Shown here: in pieces, positions 53,101 through 64,000 of the stretch
Position numbering within the stretch: position 1 is the stretch's first letter
How the letters are laid out: the number at the start of each line of letters is the position of its first letter
Source: Styela clava
Taxonomy: Eukaryota
DNA: 64,000 nucleotides
Assembly: GCF_964204865.1 (NCBI RefSeq)
Contig: NC_135263.1
Span: 9,424,001 to 9,488,000, forward strand
Direction: 5' to 3'
Translations under genes and position numbers: made by a program
Notes under the pieces: generated by a model
Told to the model about the DNA's origin: nothing
Seen by the model: the letters and a program-made list of their open reading frames with translations, nothing else
Databases searched by the model: none

Positions 53101-53366
53101 GATAGTGTTCTAAAACTTAGAAGTGATTATTTCTATAAACTTTTTCTAATGTATCCAAAAATATGCACCAAAAGAGTCCTATCCATAAAAATCGTTAACG
53201 CAAGAATATCAACTATTACAGCGAGCTACGGAGTGCAACGAAGAAGTATATTCTTCAGAAGTTTGAAACAATTTCTTCCTCCAAAATTGGCCCGCTAGAC
53301 ACAACCAAAAAACACCAATCAAGCGACACGGGAACAACTTCGAAACGAATTTCTTCGTCAACATAA
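47103..53366 (+). CDS. Orphan rhodopsin-like (class A) GPCR, about 374 aa; exons 47103-47206, 47718-47840, 49429-49558, 50289-50417, 50862-50989, 51949-52079, 52159-52251, 52553-52694, 53222-53366
   Basis: N-glycosylation sites NES/NMT; TM1 GMLAN; TM2 FNVFIMSLCVSD; C3.25 (FFCK); TM3 SFLRLYCIKFP; TM4 IIW; ECL2 Cys; TM5 YAP; TM7 CLNPIFY; helix 8 SELRSATKK; Ser/Thr-rich tail. All splice phases are consistent. Confidence 0.85.
49583..49700 (-). repeat. SINE-like repeat fragment (copy 3)
   Basis: Homologous to 2190-2310 (GAGAAGAAAGTCGATGAGACGGCTTAAT...GCCTCT...CCATGTC...ATTAGTTA). Confidence 0.55.
50581..50679. repeat. Short hairpin-terminated element (Helentron/HINE-like remnant)
   Basis: Hairpin CGGTC-GGA-GACCG near one end, an ACAGACAGACA microsatellite, and hairpin ACTTACCGAT-TAAA-ATCGATAAGT at the other end. 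Confidence 0.35.
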
Positions 53367-56300
53367 CGAACGAATGAGGGAATTTTCAGTTTCGTTTTCT
53401 CATTTAGTCGAAAGGACTGGAATGGTTTTACAATTGTTGCTGCAATTTGAAATCGTACAATGTTTTTATTTATATTTTCAACTGTCAACTGCTTTCATGT
53501 CAACTGCTGTTACAAAAACATTCTAGTCAGCTAGGGTTAATAAGTTACATGTAAATATTGTGATTTGCACATTTTGTTGTCGAAAAAAACTTTGTCTATT
53601 TGCATAATTTTTATATAATTTCAACTACACTATGAGTTGCATAATTACTAAAATAACTGCCGTAATTATAATTTGTGACCAAAGTTGGAAAACGAGCACA
53701 AAATGTCATCAATAGCACCAATATTAGTTTCAAACTCGTACTATCTGTACTGTAGTCACTTACTGATCTACAGAGCACATAAATTCTGGCATGGAATGTT
53801 TTAGATCGGTACATTAGCTCGGATTTTTTAATGTGACAAGAGTATAATATACAATCATTAACTTACACGCGACTTTTGTCGTGAATTCTTTTTTGTAGGT
53901 TCGAATTACTATTTAAAAAAGTTTTATTACGCTGGACAATAGTCAATTAGACTGCTCATTTTGTCCATTTGGAGTTAGACAATTGTACAGTGTCCTATTT
54001 TGCACAATTTATTTCTCTGTTGTGGTCAGACTTCGTAAACGTTCTCTTTTATTGTGAACATTTTTTTTTCTGTTGTGGTCACACTTCGTGAAAAGAAGCA
54101 GTGCTATTTCAGAAGCCGTGCTAAATCATCAGTAACTTTGCCAACGTCGGTCACTGATTTATTGAATAGTCTTAATTGCATTACAAAGATTCGGCTGATT
54201 CCTCGTAAAACTACCGTTTTTTTCGATAACTGAAAACATGTTTAAAAACATTTAGCCCGCGCATTTTATTAGAAATCCGTGCCATAAATTTTGATTCCAT
54301 TTGTTACAGTTAGTTCAAATCCTATCTACGGCTCTATTTATAACTTTCTTTTTGTTTTTAATTGATATTTACTATTTTTTACTTGTTGTTCATGGAATGG
54401 GAGTCCGATATCTTCATGCATCTATGTGCTTTCCTATGAGATTCTTGCTGTAAGCTAACAACGAATTACTAACGTGAATCTAACTGGAAAATTTCAACGA
54501 GTTCAAGTTTTGGTATCTTGATGTTGTACCTTTGTTGTATTCTTATTTTAAAATATAATTGTCAAAGATATTACATATATATATACTGTACTTGTTTTTT
54601 TGTTTAAGGGTAGACCCGAGTAATGGTTGAAAACGCATCAACAAATTTCCTAATGTTTGATAAGTTATAGTATTATATGTAAGCTTTCCCCTCAATAATT
54701 TCCGTCAAAAACTAATTTTTAAATTTTCGTTTTAGCATAAAGACGGCAGTATGCAATAATAAATCATTATATTTAAACCCGCCTTGTTTAATGAGGCGAA
54801 CGCTACGTTGATGGCAATGGGATAACTATTATAACTACATCCTTCTACTGGGTGATAATAGGGTAAGGGATCATTTGTACAAATCGGTTTACTAATTGCA
54901 AAACATTAGAAAATATAGGATTAAATCGAAGACGAGATGATAGTATCATTCTTTCAAAATTATACATAAAGTAAATAATTGATCCTAATTGCAATACATT
55001 AGTGTCGTGTACAATGTTGTCACATTTTAGTTAGATATAATTCCAAATGCATTTACCAAGAAATCTGGGAAGCGAGCGACTGAAAGGATAGTCGACTATT
55101 CAAATTTTACCAAAACCAGCCTAAAAATATCAGGAAAAGCCCCTTTCAATCTAATTTGAGTTTCTTTTACCAGATGTTTCGACTTTTTTTAAATATTTAC
55201 CTAGAAATGATTAATGCATTTCAGCTAAGCTACGATTGCGAGATGCTTGGCTTTTAATTATATTGAAAATACTGTATTATTATAGCATTAGTCAGTATCC
55301 GGAATTTATGATAAACTTTACAAACCATTGATGAGGTAAAGCCGAGGTAACGGAGGTATTTTTGCACAACCAAGAAAGGATCATTTTTATGAAAATTATA
55401 TTAATTTACCTCGTCCAACATGTGGAATTTGTAATTAACTTTTAGCTAGGTTGCGTACTTCAAGTATATAGCGTGTACGTGACATGCTACAGGCAGGTCT
55501 ATCTATTGTCGTTGTTTGTCAAGGCAGTTCAAGCGAGGCTAAAACAAACTACTGTCTATCGGCATATTTCTGATTACGGTTTGTCTTTAGCAAGCGTTTG
55601 AGACAAAGTCCACCCGTGCTTAGTATTTAAACAAGTCGTGCGTGTCGGTTGACAAACTAAACGAGTGTGTAAAAGCTAGCCTACATAGTAAGCTGTTAGC
55701 TGAGATGGTACCCACGCGCAGTATAGATATAGCCTACTGAGGATACGGCAAATACATAATATTTCGACAATATAAAAAGAGTTAGAGTAGGGCAAAGAGG
55801 GAGGTTATATACATATTCCGCACATTAGCATGTTTACTTGAGAAATTCGTTTGCCGCAGCGATTATCATGCAGATTGAAATCATAAAAGGGGAACCCGCG
55901 CTACATGCAGTTAGAATGAAATAGCCTACATTTGCGAACTTCCAAGTACCAAATGCATGTATATCAATAATCTCATTGCTCAAAAAGCTACTGTCTCGGT
56001 TTTCATTTTACGTGGTGAGCTGTGAGTGTGAACCAGCGTATAATGCATTACGACCGTCAGTGAGTATTATTACAAAATATCTCTTTTGTAATAATGTAGA
56101 AAATGAAATTCACGTGCGCAAAAATTCGCGGGGTTAACAACTTTTTAAATTACAGTATTAGTGACCAATATGCCGTTATTTTGTGTGCAGAAAAAGCTAG
56201 TCTAGTGAATAGCATAAATATTTTAGAGAGCTTAGCGTCTGGATTTATCGGGCGAAACTTTTTTAGACACTCGAAGCTATCTGAATTCATATGGTTGCAA

Positions 56301-57719
56301 ATGTCCGTCATCAGCAAAATTGGAAGTGATAAAATACTTGGACCACTGGACTCTGTTCACTATACATGTTACGAAGTGGGTCATACATGGAATAGTTCTT
56401 GTCTGTTAACCTATCTTGACACGTTTCATAAAGCCTTCGCATATTCTCTAAAGCTCTATGCACCATTCTATGCGCTTAGTGCTTTGTGGAAATTTCGAAA
56501 AAAGACAACAGACAAAAGAAAATTGATGAAAAATGCTCTTTTATCAACTTTGAGATCAAGTTTTTTTCTAGCAATGAATGGAACCTACTTCATAATTGTA
56601 TTCTGCTGTTATGGTAAGATCGTTGGAAAGTATCACGGCATTGCCGGTTTTATCGTTGGAGCAGTGGCATCATTTTTAAGCATAATTTTAGAAAGAAGCT
56701 CGAGGAGAGGAATGCTTTCAATTTACTCGTTGAATCTCGCCCTTGAAACTTTGTTTAAAATGTCTGTATCAAGAGGGTTTGTTTCTCGTATTAATGGGGG
56801 TGAAGTTTATCTATTCGCGTTCACAAATCTTGTATACATGCGCCTATTCAGATCATCGAATTTACCACCTGTCATTCAATCTGTTGTTGAAAAGATAATG
56901 GGCAAGGAAGAAACCATGACTATTTTACCAGGAGAGAGGAGGTTGTCATCTGATACTTTAGTTGACAATACCAAGCTTTCACAATCTTTCCTTCGTGCCA
57001 AAAAGCTGCACGATTTTGTCTTGAAGAACCTTAATAGGCTTGGTCCTAATACGCCCTGCTGTAAACACAACAGCAGTTGTTCCGTGTATGTAATTAAAGG
57101 GACATTAAAGTATTTTTCTCTTGGCTGTGCGTTTCATGTACTTCTTAAGTACCGGACAATACTACAATCAATACTTACCAGAAACACATCACTATTAAAA
57201 AAAGCATTTTCTGATCTTTCTTTAGCTAAATTTTTTTGTGCGTATGTGGCCCTTTTCAGAGTAGTTAATTGTTCTCTTAGATGGATGACATCCAGTGATA
57301 ATCCTAAACTTTTCGGAAGTATTGCAGGCCTTATATCCGGATTCAGCTCTGTGTTTTATCCCAGTACCGGCATAGCAATGTATGTTTTTACCAAATTACT
57401 TGATATATTATGTATGAAAGCTGTCTCTGCAAACTGGTTCCCACGTATCCCCAATTTTGATATAGTGGTGTACAGCTTTAGCTTAGGAATACTATTCCAT
57501 GCTGCTGTATTCGAGCCTCACAACATTCGTCCTTCTTATTGGAGTTTTTTAAAAGCGTTGAGCGGTTATAAATTTCCATTAATGTTCAGAAAATTATTAG
57601 ATAAATTTGGTACTGAAGCTTCAAGAATGTATCCAGACTTTGTTCCGGATTTAGACCCAAAATATGTGAAAACAGAAGAAGTCAAACGAGTTTTGGCGCA
57701 GTTTGGCAAATGGCGATGA
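56301..57719 (+). CDS. TMEM135: Transmembrane protein 135 (peroxisomal/mitochondrial), single exon
   Basis: MSVISK..HYTCYEVGHTW..SC, YAPFY, RSSFFL, SIILERSSRRGML..Y, C.H..SC, LFHAAVFEPHNIRPSYWSFL. The likely start is ATG 56301 within ORF 56103-57719. Confidence 0.92.
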   Translation: MSVISKIGSDKILGPLDSVHYTCYEVGHTWNSSCLLTYLDTFHKAFAYSLKLYAPFYALSALWKFRKKTTDKRKLMKNALLSTLRSSFFLAMNGTYFIIVFCCYGKIVGKYHGIAGFIVGAVASFLSIILERSSRRGMLSIYSLNLALETLFKMSVSRGFVSRINGGEVYLFAFTNLVYMRLFRSSNLPPVIQSVVEKIMGKEETMTILPGERRLSSDTLVDNTKLSQSFLRAKKLHDFVLKNLNRLGPNTPCCKHNSSCSVYVIKGTLKYFSLGCAFHVLLKYRTILQSILTRNTSLLKKAFSDLSLAKFFCAYVALFRVVNCSLRWMTSSDNPKLFGSIAGLISGFSSVFYPSTGIAMYVFTKLLDILCMKAVSANWFPRIPNFDIVVYSFSLGILFHAAVFEPHNIRPSYWSFLKALSGYKFPLMFRKLLDKFGTEASRMYPDFVPDLDPKYVKTEEVKRVLAQFGKWR

Positions 57720-59787
57720 CATTATTCAGTTGTATTTTGTGACTTATATTCTGATTTATGACGTTTGCTTTGTCCTGTTTTTTTCCCAATCCGTAATGGA
57801 CACAAAATTATGAATCCGATATTGTAATCAATTAATTATATGATATTTTTGCATTGTTAATATTTACGAATTACAAATACTATGCATTTGGGTTTAATAA
57901 TTATAATAAATCTCGTTTGTCTTTTGTAGTGATTTAACTGAATGTACTGAACTATTACAATAGATGTTGAAAATCAGCTTGTGGCATTGCACCTATTTCA
58001 TTGTAATTACGAATGAAAATTCAAACCGTGTATTCTGTTTGTGTTTCTGATACCTCACTAAACTATGAATTTCTATTAACACTGGTTTGAAAAGTCAGTT
58101 GGGACTCTTGCCGCATTTCGTCATGATCACAAAAAGATACAATAGGCTCAGCCCAGCGATATATTTCCAAACTTACTAAAATTTTACATAAGTTAATCTC
58201 TAAGCTCACTAAAATAGTACATTGGTTAGCACAATTCTTCGCGTATTGACAATTAATTTACCAATGTTCTAGTAAAAGCGTACTGTTTATTTACCAGTCC
58301 AGAAAGCAGTCAATTCCTACGGAATTTGGCCTGTTTGTGTTTGTCATCTGACTGTGTATTTTAACCTTTTTGACATCACAGCCTCACACAAACATGTAAA
58401 AACCGGAGCATCACAATCGTAAACCAACCGAAATCTTTGGCCCATATATATAATAAACTCCTATTGGACACGAAATGTACATATGGATCGTTTTGGTATC
58501 ATCATTTTTCGTTCTCGCATTTTTACTTCCCCATTTTTGATAATGTCGAAATATTCAATTTGAAAATGAGATTTCTATATGTACAACTTCGTACTATTTG
58601 CTGTTAATTAGATGTTCATGCATGGCCACATCTTTGTGCAATTACTAAGTTGTAGACGGCACTGGGTGCTGAGTCTGCGCTGTACAAACAACCACATTCT
58701 AGTGCTGATATGTTTCTTAACATGGCAGACTTACCCAAAGTAAATGAATTCACCTTTGAGCAAGAAACTGAAAACGCACAGAAGTATGGTGGTACATTAC
58801 GTGGCAGTAAAACCTGACTGACAGCAAAATTTTTGGAAACTTTAGACTTTTAGTAGTAATTTACCCCAATGTCTATTTCATATGCATGTAAACCCTTCTT
58901 TCGGAATGAGCAGTTGATAGTGATAAGATATATACTTTATTATATATATACGTACTTGTACTTCATGAGTATGATCGAGTACCAATATGTATTATGATGG
59001 ATGGTGAAAGTGATTATGAGAATGTCGGCTGCATATAGAAAAAAGGTAAGAGCCTGGGATTTAAGGGTTACTCTGAGTAGCATAGTGGAAATATATATAT
59101 ATATAACATCTTGCAAAAGTATCATGTCTTTTTGAAACATCTGGGCTGAGGAAAAGTCACATTGTCAGGAAGGCCATCACCATTCAGTCAGATTCCGTAT
59201 CATATTTCGATTTCTGGTAACCAAATTCAATCCGGAATAAACTTCTAATCTATATATACAAGATGAACGCAGTTTGACATCCATGAAGAGTTATGTACAT
59301 TCAAGTTATTCGTGGAATCCGTTTTCACAGACGCATCACAATCGATAGGAACTGTAAACAATTGTACCGTTATTAGATTATTAAACTCTTCAATTGTATG
59401 GTTAAGTGAGTCAGTCTTCATATTATTATACAAGTAATAACATTAGAGTGTAGTTCACGAAAATGGAATATCCATACTATCGAGAAAGCACCCTACAGGA
59501 TTAAGCAGGGGGAAATAGGGATGTTAGCGTTTTCGATTCAAACTATATAATATATATACAGACACCACACTATTGGTCAGAAGAGTGGTATGTATTTGAC
59601 TAATTGGAAACCTATTTTGATTTCCAACTTCAATCAAATATTTATATTGATACTCGTGCGTATTTTGCAAATAGCAACTTTAAGTCAAATTGAAAAACGT
59701 TAAAAAAATCATTCCCACTGACGTCAGATATAATAAATACATTGCATTGCATTTTGTATCAAAATATAAAAAATAAAAATATATTAC

Positions 59788-62700
59788 GTCGTCCAAGGTG
59801 AAAACTGCTTTTCCGTAAGTCGCACTGGGACCATTTACGTCGGTGTGCTCTTTGAACTTTTCTGAATCCAATAATAAAATATGCATATAATATATAACTA
59901 CCGAAATAAATATGTTAAAATTATTTTGATATCCAGTAAAACACTTATATATTTTAAAGTTTTCAAAATAGGAATGATCATAAAACAGACGCTCAACTAT
60001 GTGTATTAAGTATAGAAGTTCCCTAAAATTAGAAAATAAAAAATCACGCGGTTCTCAAAATTATGGACATATACAGCGACATACATCTCACTAAATGGTA
60101 AACTAGTTATGATTACAATTAAATAAAAATATGTGTCTTGTGCACATTACCCATTGTTTTGGTCAGTCTACTTGCAATCATTAGAGCGTTAGAGAAGGAG
60201 ATTTTATTTTTGTTGTTTCTAAATCCCAAGTAGATTGAAGACAAAGTTCCGTTCGACAAGGAAATGCCAGCTGTTTCAACAAAATAAAAAGTATATTTGT
60301 TACATGAGTAAACTGTTATTCAAATAAAATTTAAAAGTCTAGTTTCAGCTCGACAAAAGATGTACGGAAAGCTACACGTACACAGATAATCGTTTTGCAG
60401 TCATTTTACACATATACATCAACATAGGACAGCGTTAAGTATAAATTTTCGGAAATAGTCTCATTCACCTGCATCCCGCACGAAATCTCTCAGTTCGTAG
60501 ACATCCAAGTCGTTACTCTTGTCTGGATCACGCTTTTCACAAAAGTACTAAAATTTCAAACAATAAAAACAATAATCAGTTGGATTAAAAACAATATATA
60601 TATATTACTCGTCGGCTCCTGCTTGATACAAGCCGAGTGTATAGGTCATTTTATTTTTCATTTCAAATAGATTGAAAATTCTAGTTCGTGAAAAGATTGG
60701 AAGTGATAAAATAGTTAATTGAATTATAATTCAAGGGTGGCCAACCTGCTTTCGACTAAAATCTTCAAAATAGCTCGCGATCGACTGATTGGTAATAGGG
60801 TCATACACGAAAACGAATAGGTACTGAATATGCAGATAACGACACACACACGTACAAAAATTCCTTCGCTGCCAATAGGCTCGGGTCTGTGGGTGCATTC
60901 TTAATGAAATCGCCACAAAAAGCATCATCCATTCAAGATTTATTCAAATAATACAATTCAGATATGAGGTCTGCCTACTTCTTAGTCGTAAGTGTTAAAA
61001 ATTTACTAAAAAAAACTTGATAAGTATCCATGTATCATCTAAACAGCGACATATAACTATTTTCAAAAATGTAACATGACTGATCAAACTTCAGTATCTA
61101 ATTTACAGTTTCCTCCAAGTCCGATTCTTCGCTCGCTTGGAATTTAAAAAAATGTGTGACTTTCGACAATTACTTTCGCACACAGCAGAAGTTATTGTAG
61201 GATCGTTCGCCAGTCAAGACCAGGCTTGCCAGATTTCAGCGATTAAAAAAAGTCAAATCAAGACATGAAAAAGCCAGAAAAAGTCAACAATATTACCAAG
61301 TACAAAAGCCCAATGATTTGTCAAAGTTGAAGCCCTTGGCACAATAGTGGATTTATACAGCTTGCAATATGCTGATTTAGAGCCATCAGTTCATTTAGTG
61401 AGTGAGTCAAATAAATTTCTTGAAAGTTGTATTTTCGGTTGCTATCATGCCGATTTCCACTTCAGCGAGATGCATGGTTTAAAAGTCACGCCCAACGTGT
61501 TTGAAAAAAAGCCAAAAATGGTAAATTTGGCATTAAAAAGGCGACCCCGGTCAAGACACGCGCTATTTACTATACGGCTCATTCATTCCTAAACTTTGGC
61601 AGCGACGGAACTTGCATTTGTTACGTAATAATATGCTTTATCGGATTGGCCCAGACTCAAATAGTATACTGTATTTTGCGCATGAACAGTACTGTTTCTT
61701 GTTTTAAAACACACAATAAGCTCTGCATGTAAATGGTTCAAGGCAATTTTTAGGGTATGTCATTAAATTTTCTCAACATTAGACGCGATCAACCACTCGA
61801 GACATGGCGATTGACCTGTCGGCGCGATCACGTGTTGGCCACCCCTGAATTATATATTTAAAAGTAATTTGAATTTAATTTAAAAACCTGCCTCACTTAA
61901 AGATATTTTATATGATTACTTTACTAAACATCAACAGTTGATGATGGACTGAGAATTTACTTTTCACCGCACTACACGATGGCCTCAATCAAATATATAT
62001 AGCTAAGTACAATCGGACAATGCTCATTTGGATTGCTATACTTACAATCCACTTTCTAATGTTCGTCCATAATTTTTTAAACTCTTCAAAGTCCAAATTG
62101 ACGTCCTCGTCTTTCTGTTTGATGGGCGGTCAAGGAATAAATATGTATTGACTTTAGTTATCACTTCCTCGCATTCGCTTACACAGAATTAGAGGGGAAT
62201 TTGCATATTCAATAAAATTCAAAATAAATTATTAAATAAAGACAAAAATGTTCATGGTAGCAAATAATGCATATAATCCATAGATTTCATTAATTAAGTA
62301 TTTGCGCATATTATAAAGCAGTATTAGCTGTGAGTATTAAAGCAGTCCTAAACGGTTAAAGCATTTTTGCTGCAAATATTTGCTTTAAAAGGATACGTCA
62401 AATGTTGCCACCAAAGCTCTCACAACTCCGATATCTACGATAACGTTTTCTGAAAAAAGAAATCAGCATTATCGAGACTTATATATTAGGTGATAATCAA
62501 CCTATTAGGCACACTGCCTTTTCAAAATAAATACCTGCTTTCAGAGTAGTAGTAAGAATTTCTTTCAGCTCAAACGCATCAATTACTCCATTCTGAACAT
62601 AAAAACAAGGTAATAAATGGGATACGTCATTTTCCACTTGGCTAGAGGCAATCGAATTGGGTAGTACTCAAAATCTTTTTATTGCAGATTGCCATTACAT

Positions 62701-63958
62701 TTCGAATTAGATTCTTCAAATGAGTAAATGACTATTAACTGACAAACATCAATTCCAAATGTATACATTCATATTACCCCTCCGGCCAAGCTCTCGAAAC
62801 GTTTTCTGAATTTTTCATCGACTCTCGAATTTTCCTCCTTAATACAAAATTAATGTTATATAAAATAATAATCAATAAAAATACCGTACATTGTTGACAT
62901 TCTTTTTCATAATTGATGAGATCAAAACACCGCATGGTAGTTATAAAATCCACGTTTTTCGAAATTAAAAAATTTAAATGATGCCCGTATTAGAAATATT
63001 AAAGCCTATATCAGAAATGGTTGATTAATACAGATTTTTAACTCGAAAATTTTTAATTTTAGTATAAGAAAGAAAATCGCACTTTTGTCTCAATACCAAT
63101 TCAGAAATCTAATTCGTATCCAACAAGAACTGTGTTACAGTATAGTTACAATTGATATTTATAATATATGAAATAAAATATTTTACCAGATTAAAAAAAA
63201 CGTTCTGCGATTTAGGAAAAGCAGTTGGTAATTTAAATGTATTTTATTCTAGTTCACTCGAAATATTTTTTTTTATTTAGTTCATTTTTTATATTCACTA
63301 CGAATGAGAATGTAAACCAACCTCGGTAACCATGGTTCCTCCAATAGGCTTTGTTTCAGATGTATCAGCTGATACCCTATAAGGAACGGAACATAATTTT
63401 CATCATTTTGAATCCCATACCAGATAAATTATACCGGTACTAAGAAGAATGAGAGCATGTGGACTCGATACGATTATACCACTAAGTCAGATTTAAATTG
63501 ATTGAAGTGGGAAATTTATTTTTTATAGAGTGTACCACTTATTTCAAAAGGTCTGGTAGAAGATAAGACGCATTTGTAAAAACAGAATGAGCAGAATTAT
63601 TGGCATAGGGAAAAGAGAAAAAAAATTGATTAAGAGCTAAAACTGTTAAAATTTACAAGTTTCTGTTTGCTGTGCTTTGCATTATAACCACAAATTTATA
63701 CAAATATTCAATCAAAACTAGATTTTTTTTATCCTATAAATGCATATATATTAAAATGGAGAATTACCGAGCCTGTGTTTCTGTAAAAATACGAAGCAAA
63801 AATTTTCCCTCAACATCCGGATCAAGAGTCGAAGGAACAATAACATATTCTCCTGGAGGAAGTGAAAATTCTTTGGTAACTGATCTGCTACTCAAGAAGT
63901 CTGATTTTTCGTTCGATTTGTTTTTCAGAAAAAATTCTTTGTCCAGTTTTTCATTAGC
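59788..63958 (-). CDS. Classical calpain large subunit, 3' part only (domain III end + penta-EF domain); exons 63958-63768, 63376-63322, 62837-62778, 62592-62535, 62449-62397, 62114-62046, 60547-60469, 60270-60151, 59861-59788; terminal exon not resolved; gene continues beyond the window
   Basis: SRSVTKEFSLPPGEYVIVPSTLDPDVEGKFLLRIFTE (calpain domain III); FESLAGGNGVIDAFELKEIL, FDKDEDVNLDFEEFKKLWTNIRKW and DPDKSNDLDVYELRD (EF hands). Phases are consistent. Confidence 0.88.
60732..61847. mobile_element. hAT-type non-autonomous element in a calpain intron, same family as 14336-26435 (opposite orientation)
   Basis: Termini CAAGGGTGGCCAAC / GTTGGCCACCCCTG. Internal blocks are reverse-complementary to about 25850-26400 and 14340-14680; AATTATA occurs on both flanks. 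Confidence 0.8.
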
Positions 63959-64000
63959 CTGTGAAAAAATATCTTAAATCTTCCGACAGTGCGTATTACT

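Noticed and set aside
54012-54092. About 28-bp local direct repeat (TTCT..GTTGTGGTCA.ACTTCGT.AA)
   Set aside because: Only two copies; a simple local duplication with no further structure.
56103-56300. 66-aa N-terminal extension of TMEM135
   Set aside because: Similarity to TMEM135 begins at MSVISK (56301); the extension is probably an open 5' UTR, though it cannot be excluded without transcripts.
58730-59500. Candidate terminal exons for the calpain
   Set aside because: Several AG acceptors are possible but none gives the expected W/F-L-x-x-x-M/L ending convincingly; left unassigned.

Overview
AT-rich eukaryotic genomic DNA with GT-AG introns. It is probably a marine invertebrate chordate such as an ascidian; this is inferred from gene content, not proven. 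Host genes reconstructed by hand: TMEM33 (-), an ARF/ARL GTPase (+), a stearoyl-CoA-desaturase-like gene (-), a 9-exon orphan class A GPCR (+), an intronless TMEM135 (+) and the 3' part of a classical calpain (-). The most notable content is an innate-immunity cluster (11.7-44.3 kb) of secreted proteins sharing one stalk: signal peptide, C-x10-C, a short collagen with a PGKRGP motif resembling the MASP-docking site, and a phase-1 coiled-coil neck exon. Three copies (one pseudogenised) end in a non-canonical C-type lectin domain. One copy ends instead in a pentraxin domain, and its intron 2 still holds a near-identical copy of the neighbouring collectin's 3' UTR/polyA signal, which suggests a recognition-head swap. 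Transposons are abundant: a full-length BEL/Pao LTR element with near-identical LTRs, nested in a hAT-type element and carrying two further insertions; an Academ-like derivative; several hAT elements/MITEs; SINE fragments; and recurrent TA-CCGG-TA insertions that look like excision footprints. All coordinates and alignments were done by eye; no database searches were run.
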